A model generated the notes under the pieces. The model saw only the letters and a program-made list of their open reading frames with translations, searched no databases and was not told the DNA's origin. Shown here piece after piece: positions 59,071-64,000 of a stretch of 64,000 nucleotides of DNA (position 1 is the stretch's first letter; each line of letters begins with the position of its first letter). The position numbers and the translations under genes were made by a program. Source of the stretch: Candidatus Multivoradales bacterium (GTDB lineage: Bacteria; Acidobacteriota; Thermoanaerobaculia; Multivoradales; JAHEKO01). The stretch covers positions 544,001 to 608,000 of the forward strand of contig CBDCVR010000013.1 of assembly GCA_965223155.1 (NCBI GenBank), written 5' to 3'.

Positions 59071-60008
59071 GAGTCTCCTCCGCCCGCCTGGGCCAAGAGA
59101 TAGAGCACCGCCATGCGCACCGCGACGCCGTTGGCGACCTGGTCCAGAATCAGCGAATAGCGGCCGTCGGCCACGTCGCTGGCGATCTCGACGCCCCGGT
59201 TCATGGGCCCGGGATGCAAGATCACGGCTCCGCGCCGGGCCCGGCGCAGTCGTTCGCGGGTCAACCCGAAGAGATCGAAGTATTCGCGCACCGAGGGAAA
59301 AAGCATCCGGCTCTGGCGCTCCAGTTGAACCCGCAGCATCATCATCACGTCCGCGCCCCGGATCGCCTCGTCCAGGTCGTAGACGACGCGCACCCCCAGC
59401 TCCTGGATCCCCGCCGGCATCATCGTGCGCGGTCCCGCGACGGTCACCTTGGCGCCCATCTTGGAGAGCAGGTAGATATTCGAGCGCACCACCCGGCTGT
59501 GGGCGATGTCACCGACGATCGAGACGTTGAGGCCCTCCAAGCGTCCCTTGGCGGCCCGGATGGTAAACGCGTCCAGCAGCGCCTGCGTGGGGTGCTCCTG
59601 GGCGCCGTCGCCGGCGTTGATGACGCCGGCCTGGATCGTCTCCGCCAGCATCCTGGGAACGCCCGGGTGCCCGTGACGGATGACGATCAGGTCGGGCGCC
59701 ATGGCCTGCAGGTTCCGGGCGGTGTCCACCAGGCTCTCGCCCTTGATCAGCCCCGAGGACGAAGCCGAGAAATTGATCGAGTCCGCCGACAGGCGCTTCT
59801 CGGCAATCTCGAAGCTCGAGCGCGTGCGTGTCGAGGGCTCGAAGAAGAGGTTGATGACGGTGCGCCCGCGCAGGGTGGGCACCTTCTTGATCGGCCGCTC
59901 GGCGACCTCGACGAAGGACTCCGCCGTGTCCAAGATGTGCTGGATCTCAGCCACGGAAAGATCCGCTATCGACAGCAGATCCTTCCGATCCCAGCTGGCC
60001 TCGGTCAT
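59067..60008 (-). CDS. pyrB: Aspartate carbamoyltransferase catalytic subunit
   Basis: [30 protein letters not shown] and HPGP motifs. Confidence 0.98.
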   Translation of the reverse strand: MTEASWDRKDLLSIADLSVAEIQHILDTAESFVEVAERPIKKVPTLRGRTVINLFFEPSTRTRSSFEIAEKRLSADSINFSASSSGLIKGESLVDTARNLQAMAPDLIVIRHGHPGVPRMLAETIQAGVINAGDGAQEHPTQALLDAFTIRAAKGRLEGLNVSIVGDIAHSRVVRSNIYLLSKMGAKVTVAGPRTMMPAGIQELGVRVVYDLDEAIRGADVMMMLRVQLERQSRMLFPSVREYFDLFGLTRERLRRARRGAVILHPGPMNRGVEIASDVADGRYSLILDQVANGVAVRMAVLYLLAQAGGGDS

Positions 60009-60565
60009 TCGCCGTTCACCAGCTCCAGAATCGACACGCCGTCCTCGCCGTCGGTGGATTCGAAGCGCACCTCGACGACCTCATCGGCTGCCGTCGGCAC
60101 CTTCTTGCCGACCACGTCTGCCTGAATCGGCAGCTCCCTGTGGCCGCGGTCGATCAGTACCGCCAACTGCACGCGCCGGGGCCGCCCGTAATCGACCAGG
60201 TGATCCAGAGCGGCGCGCACGGTCCGGCCCGTGTAGAGGACGTCGTCGCAGAGCACCAGCCGGCTGTTGCTCAAGGTGGTCGGAAAGTGCGTGTCCTTGA
60301 CCACCGGCTGCGGCGCGATCGTGGACAGATCGTCGCGGTACAGGGTGATGTCCAGAACGCCGACCGGCACTTCCATGTCTTCCATGGCCTGGATTTGCTT
60401 GGCCAGGAGCTCGGCCAGCGGCACCCCCCGGGTCCGGATCCCTACCAGCACGAGGGTCTCTTCGCGGCCTTCGGCCTCCAAGAGCTCCCCCGCCATGCGC
60501 CGGATGATCCGGTGCATCTCTTTGCCGCCCAGGATCCGGCGTCGGTGCTTCAGCTTGTCGGCCAA
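60005..60565 (-). CDS. pyrR: PyrR bifunctional regulator/uracil phosphoribosyltransferase
   Basis: [27 protein letters not shown] and DRGHRELPI motifs; TTG start after GGAG. Confidence 0.96.
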   Translation of the reverse strand: MADKLKHRRRILGGKEMHRIIRRMAGELLEAEGREETLVLVGIRTRGVPLAELLAKQIQAMEDMEVPVGVLDITLYRDDLSTIAPQPVVKDTHFPTTLSNSRLVLCDDVLYTGRTVRAALDHLVDYGRPRRVQLAVLIDRGHRELPIQADVVGKKVPTAADEVVEVRFESTDGEDGVSILELVNGE

Positions 60566-60589
60566 GAAGTCTCCGTTCGGGTCGGCGGG

Positions 60590-60618
60590 ATGCTACGTCC
60601 GAGGCGATGCCGTGTCAA
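60590..60618 (-). promoter_or_regulatory. Sigma70-type promoter for the pyrR operon
   Basis: TTGACA-N17-TAGCAT on the minus strand. Confidence 0.72.
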
Positions 60619-60630
60619 TTTCCCGGTCAC

Positions 60631-60675
60631 TCAATCCCGTCGCCTCTAGGCCCATCGACCCTAGCCCCATCGACC
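60631..60675. repeat. 15-bp direct repeats upstream of the pyrR promoter
   Basis: CTAGGCCCATCGACC (60646-60660), CTAGCCCCATCGACC (60661-60675) and a degenerate TCAATCCCGTCGCCT (60631-60645). Confidence 0.7.
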
Positions 60676-60689
60676 CTTGCGCAATCCGG

Positions 60690-62105
60690 TCATCGGATCA
60701 CGTGCCAAGCGGTTTGGCGGCCGGCGAGATAGGTCACGCGTTCGCCGTCGAAGACCGCGCTCTGCTCCAGCTTGATCTGGACGCGGGCTCCCTGCCACTC
60801 GGGCACCGCCACCTTGACGTTGCCCTCGATGGCGTACGCGGTGGCCGGCGCCAGCGGCCAGTCTCCCCGAACCGGCGTCGGTCCCTGGTTGTCCCACATG
60901 CCGATGGTCGGGCCGGGCGCGTGCCCGAAAAAGCCCAGCGGGTGGGTGTAGATGCTAGCCACGATACCTGCGCGCTCGGCCGCGGCCGCGGCCTCCGCCA
61001 GGATCTCGTTGCCGGTGCGACCCGTGCGAAACTCGCCCGCCAGAAGGTCCTGCCAACGGTTGCCCACCGCCAGAGCCTGGCGCAGGCCCGCGGGCACTTC
61101 GGACTCTCCCGGCCGCAGCACGTACCCCATCTCCTGGGTGTCGGTACACAAACGCAGATAGCAGATGCCGACGTCGGTGTGCAGCACGTCGCCTCGATGG
61201 ATCACCCCGGAGGTGCCGCAAAACGGATTCTCCAGGCCGCACTCGGCGCTCGGCCGCTGGACGTTGACGTAGGGTTGAAACCAGATCGGCAGATCCAGCT
61301 CCGCGTACCGCTGGGCCAGAAACCAGGCCACGTCGTCGGTGGTCGTCACACCCGGGGTGATGACGTTCTCGGAGAAGGCCTCCGAGATCGCCGAGCGCGC
61401 CAGGGCCACGACGTGCGGGTAGACCGCCAGCTCGCGCTCGGTGCGGGTCTCGAGCCAACGCACCACGAGATCCTCGGCGGAGACGAGGCGCGAAGCCAAC
61501 TCCTCGGGCAAGACCGAGACCAACCGGTCCCGCAGGCTGGCGGTCAGCCCGTCGGCCACCGGCCAGTCCCGGCTGACGTTGATGCCGATGCGGCGCGGCG
61601 CGCGCTCCTGGATGACTTCCGCCAGACCCCGCCACTGGGCGTCCAGATCGCCCCCCTTCCAGGCAGACTCGTACAGGCTGCGGAACGGGTAGCGGTTCAC
61701 GGTCAGCCGCTCCAGCCCCTCGTCGGGACCGCGGTCGAAGAACACCAGCATGGTCGTGCGCCGGGCCGCGTAGACCGGCTCGGGCACCAGCGAGAAGTAG
61801 ACCGGATCTTCGGCGTACTCCCGATTCATGACCAGCCACATGTCCAGGCCGGCCTCGCGCATCAAGCCCGGCAGCAGGGTGTCCAACCGGTCTTCCAGGA
61901 TCTCGTTGACCGGAGCGACCCGGTCGCGCTCGGCCAGAACGGCGCCGGCGCTGGCGACGTAGCGACCCTGCTCGGGTGGGTCGCCGGCCGCCGCGTGGGG
62001 CGCGGCCGGCACCGTGAGCAGACCAACCAGCGCCAGAACGGCGGTCACGGTACCTTCCGAGACCGGACGGCGGCATCCAGGCGGCGCCGAATCAATCGTC
62101 GACAT
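60690..62105 (-). CDS. M24 family metallopeptidase (Xaa-Pro peptidase-like), probably exported
   Basis: DVLHTDVG...TDTQ, THPLG..GH..GP, YAIE and LEQ pita-bread metal ligands; hydrophobic N-terminal segment; start uncertain. Confidence 0.85.
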   Translation of the reverse strand: MSTIDSAPPGCRRPVSEGTVTAVLALVGLLTVPAAPHAAAGDPPEQGRYVASAGAVLAERDRVAPVNEILEDRLDTLLPGLMREAGLDMWLVMNREYAEDPVYFSLVPEPVYAARRTTMLVFFDRGPDEGLERLTVNRYPFRSLYESAWKGGDLDAQWRGLAEVIQERAPRRIGINVSRDWPVADGLTASLRDRLVSVLPEELASRLVSAEDLVVRWLETRTERELAVYPHVVALARSAISEAFSENVITPGVTTTDDVAWFLAQRYAELDLPIWFQPYVNVQRPSAECGLENPFCGTSGVIHRGDVLHTDVGICYLRLCTDTQEMGYVLRPGESEVPAGLRQALAVGNRWQDLLAGEFRTGRTGNEILAEAAAAAERAGIVASIYTHPLGFFGHAPGPTIGMWDNQGPTPVRGDWPLAPATAYAIEGNVKVAVPEWQGARVQIKLEQSAVFDGERVTYLAGRQTAWHVIR

Positions 62106-63288
62106 TTTCGCTGTCCTTTCGTGGATCTCGCCCATCGACGGTCGCCAGCTCCCGGGTGACGGCGCGGCGCACGAGGAACGCGGTACCCGCCCCCGCCGCC
62201 TCCGGCCGGGTCAGCGATTCACGTGTCACGAGGCGATCGATCAACTCCCACATGAGCTCATGGTAGACGATGACCAACGTCTGACCGGCGTCACCGAGGC
62301 CGAAGCCCTCGCTCCAGGACTCCACGTCCAGGTTCTGAAGCTCCTCGAGGAGGCCCTCGGTCAAGTTCTCGGCCGCCCGGAAAACCGGGCCACCGCCGGC
62401 CTCGTCCACGACCGGCACCAGCCAACGGCCGTCCGGATCCATGAGTCCGAGACTGTTGAGGTTGCCCTGCGGCCGATCCTCGGCTCCCGCACCGGCCTCA
62501 TCCGCATCCCCGGCCGTACCGGCGCCCAGAGCCTGGCTCAGCTCGGTGGCAGCCGCGCGCCAGGGTCCGAGGTCGGGGGACGCCGCCCCGCCGGGAACGG
62601 TCATCTTGAGGGTGGCTGGAGAACCGCTCAGAACCAGGGTTCGCGGAGCCTCGGGACGTGGCGGCCGGTGCACCCAGTAGACGCCGGTCCAGTGCGGCGA
62701 GCGCGTCGACCGTCGGCGGCGATCGGGGACCATCCGGTACTCGTCCAGGAACTCCCAGACCATGCCGTCGAGGACGTACGAGAAGACCAGGGAATAGGCC
62801 CATCCCCGGTGACCGGCGGCGCGCACCGCCTCCAGGAACGCTCGGCTCTCGTCCCCGACCTCGAGCAGCGTGCGTCCGGCGAGCTCTTCGATCCGCCGCC
62901 GCAGCTCGAGCGTCGTTTCGGCGTCCAGAACCGGAAAGCCGGTGACGAGTCGCCCCGAGGAGTCGTCCTGGAGCATGCCCAGGGTCCGAAGGAGCTCCAC
63001 CTGGCTGTCCAGGACGGACAGGCCCGAGGTCCGCAGCTCTTCGAGCGAGCACCCGTCGCGGCATGCCAGCAGGATCTCGCCGTTGGAGTCGAGCGCGGCG
63101 ATCCCCTCCGGCGAGCGCTTGCCGACACTCAAGTACTGCACCATCCGGTAGGCATCCCAGGCGCCGGCGCCGTCTGCGGCCGCGGCAGCCGCGGCGGGAG
63201 CCGGACTCCAAGCCGCCGTCAGCACCAGCGCCGCGACGGTTCCGAGCACCCGGCAGGACCGGCGACAGAATCGGTTCAGGTACTTCAT
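62092..63288 (-). CDS. Hypothetical exported protein
   Basis: ATG overlaps the upstream stop (ATGA); signal peptide with an Ala run; globular body. Confidence 0.72.
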   Translation of the reverse strand: MKYLNRFCRRSCRVLGTVAALVLTAAWSPAPAAAAAAADGAGAWDAYRMVQYLSVGKRSPEGIAALDSNGEILLACRDGCSLEELRTSGLSVLDSQVELLRTLGMLQDDSSGRLVTGFPVLDAETTLELRRRIEELAGRTLLEVGDESRAFLEAVRAAGHRGWAYSLVFSYVLDGMVWEFLDEYRMVPDRRRRSTRSPHWTGVYWVHRPPRPEAPRTLVLSGSPATLKMTVPGGAASPDLGPWRAAATELSQALGAGTAGDADEAGAGAEDRPQGNLNSLGLMDPDGRWLVPVVDEAGGGPVFRAAENLTEGLLEELQNLDVESWSEGFGLGDAGQTLVIVYHELMWELIDRLVTRESLTRPEAAGAGTAFLVRRAVTRELATVDGRDPRKDSENVDD

Positions 63289-64000
63289 CCCAGCCTTTCG
63301 TAGAGGGTCACTTCCGAAGCCAGGAAGGCCACCCGCAAGGCGAACTTGCCGGCGAGCAGAAGCTGGGCGACGGCGAGCGCGACCAGGATGGCTCCCGGCC
63401 GCGCCTGGCCGACTCCGGGCGTGACGAACCAGTGGAGCGCCATCAAGCCGGCCCCCAGGAGGCCGTAGCCCGCGGCCACCGCCGCCAGCCGCAGCGGATG
63501 GCGGACCAGCAGCGCGAAACCCCGAACCAACCCGGCGAGGGCCGAGCGGCGCCGATCCAGCACCAGAGCCGCCTTGGCCAGATCCGAGGCCATCCGGATC
63601 GCGACCAGGAGGCCCACAATGCCCAGGGCCGCCGCTAGGTTGACCGCCAGCACCGTACGCTCGCTGGTCACGTCGATGAGCCTGCCGCCGAGCTGTGGAA
63701 AGAGCCAGTGAGCGAGCCGGAAGAGCCCGTAATAGAGCACCGCCGTTGCCAAAGTCAGGCGAGCCAGGCGCGGGAAGTAGGTCAGGCCGTCGGCCAGCAC
63801 CGTCCCGAGCCGGGGCTTGGGCGAGCCCTCCCGGAGCGCCTCCAAGACCCCCCCCAGGACCAGCAGCCAGGCGACGGCGAAGAGCGCCCCCACGGCCAGC
63901 ACGGCCGGCCCCAGCGTCAGCAGGGTTCCGTCCCACCACCGATCCAGGGTATCCAGCCAGGCGCCACGAGTCAGCGCAGAGACCGACATCGTCCCCGGCA
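63285..64000 (-). CDS. Hypothetical multi-TM membrane protein, 3' part (probably starts beyond the right edge)
   Basis: About five hydrophobic segments in the visible 234 aa; frame stays open to the window end. Confidence 0.7.
   Translation of the reverse strand, partial: PGTMSVSALTRGAWLDTLDRWWDGTLLTLGPAVLAVGALFAVAWLLVLGGVLEALREGSPKPRLGTVLADGLTYFPRLARLTLATAVLYYGLFRLAHWLFPQLGGRLIDVTSERTVLAVNLAAALGIVGLLVAIRMASDLAKAALVLDRRRSALAGLVRGFALLVRHPLRLAAVAAGYGLLGAGLMALHWFVTPGVGQARPGAILVALAVAQLLLAGKFALRVAFLASEVTLYERLG

Overview
GC-rich bacterial chromosomal window, mostly housekeeping genes. Gene order and content suggest Acidobacteriota (inference only). It contains uvrB (partial), PBP1A, rpsF-rpsR-rplI, a membrane PPase, spoVG-tRNA-Gln-prs-rplY-pth, TPR/LolB-like genes, HU, ssb, mutS, tsaB, psd, ferritin, trxB, phoH-ybeY-corC-era, hisS-aspS-aroB through ftsY, aroC and pyrR-pyrB-pyrC. 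I saw no CRISPR array, rRNA, integrase or transposase. Most interesting: (1) a stand-alone, shortened paralog of the N-terminal coiled-coil of a glycan methyltransferase, located directly after rplI; (2) a lower-GC two-gene cassette resembling a divergent, reversed-order HicB/HicA pair; (3) an orphan roadblock/LC7 gene translationally coupled to ftsY and downstream of an HD-GYP gene; (4) an M23 peptidase with a bactofilin-like partner carrying an extra C-terminal domain; (5) candidate structured leader RNAs before a DUF465 gene and before spoVG; (6) repeated leaderless-type promoters. All calls come from reading the sequence by eye; no searches were run.
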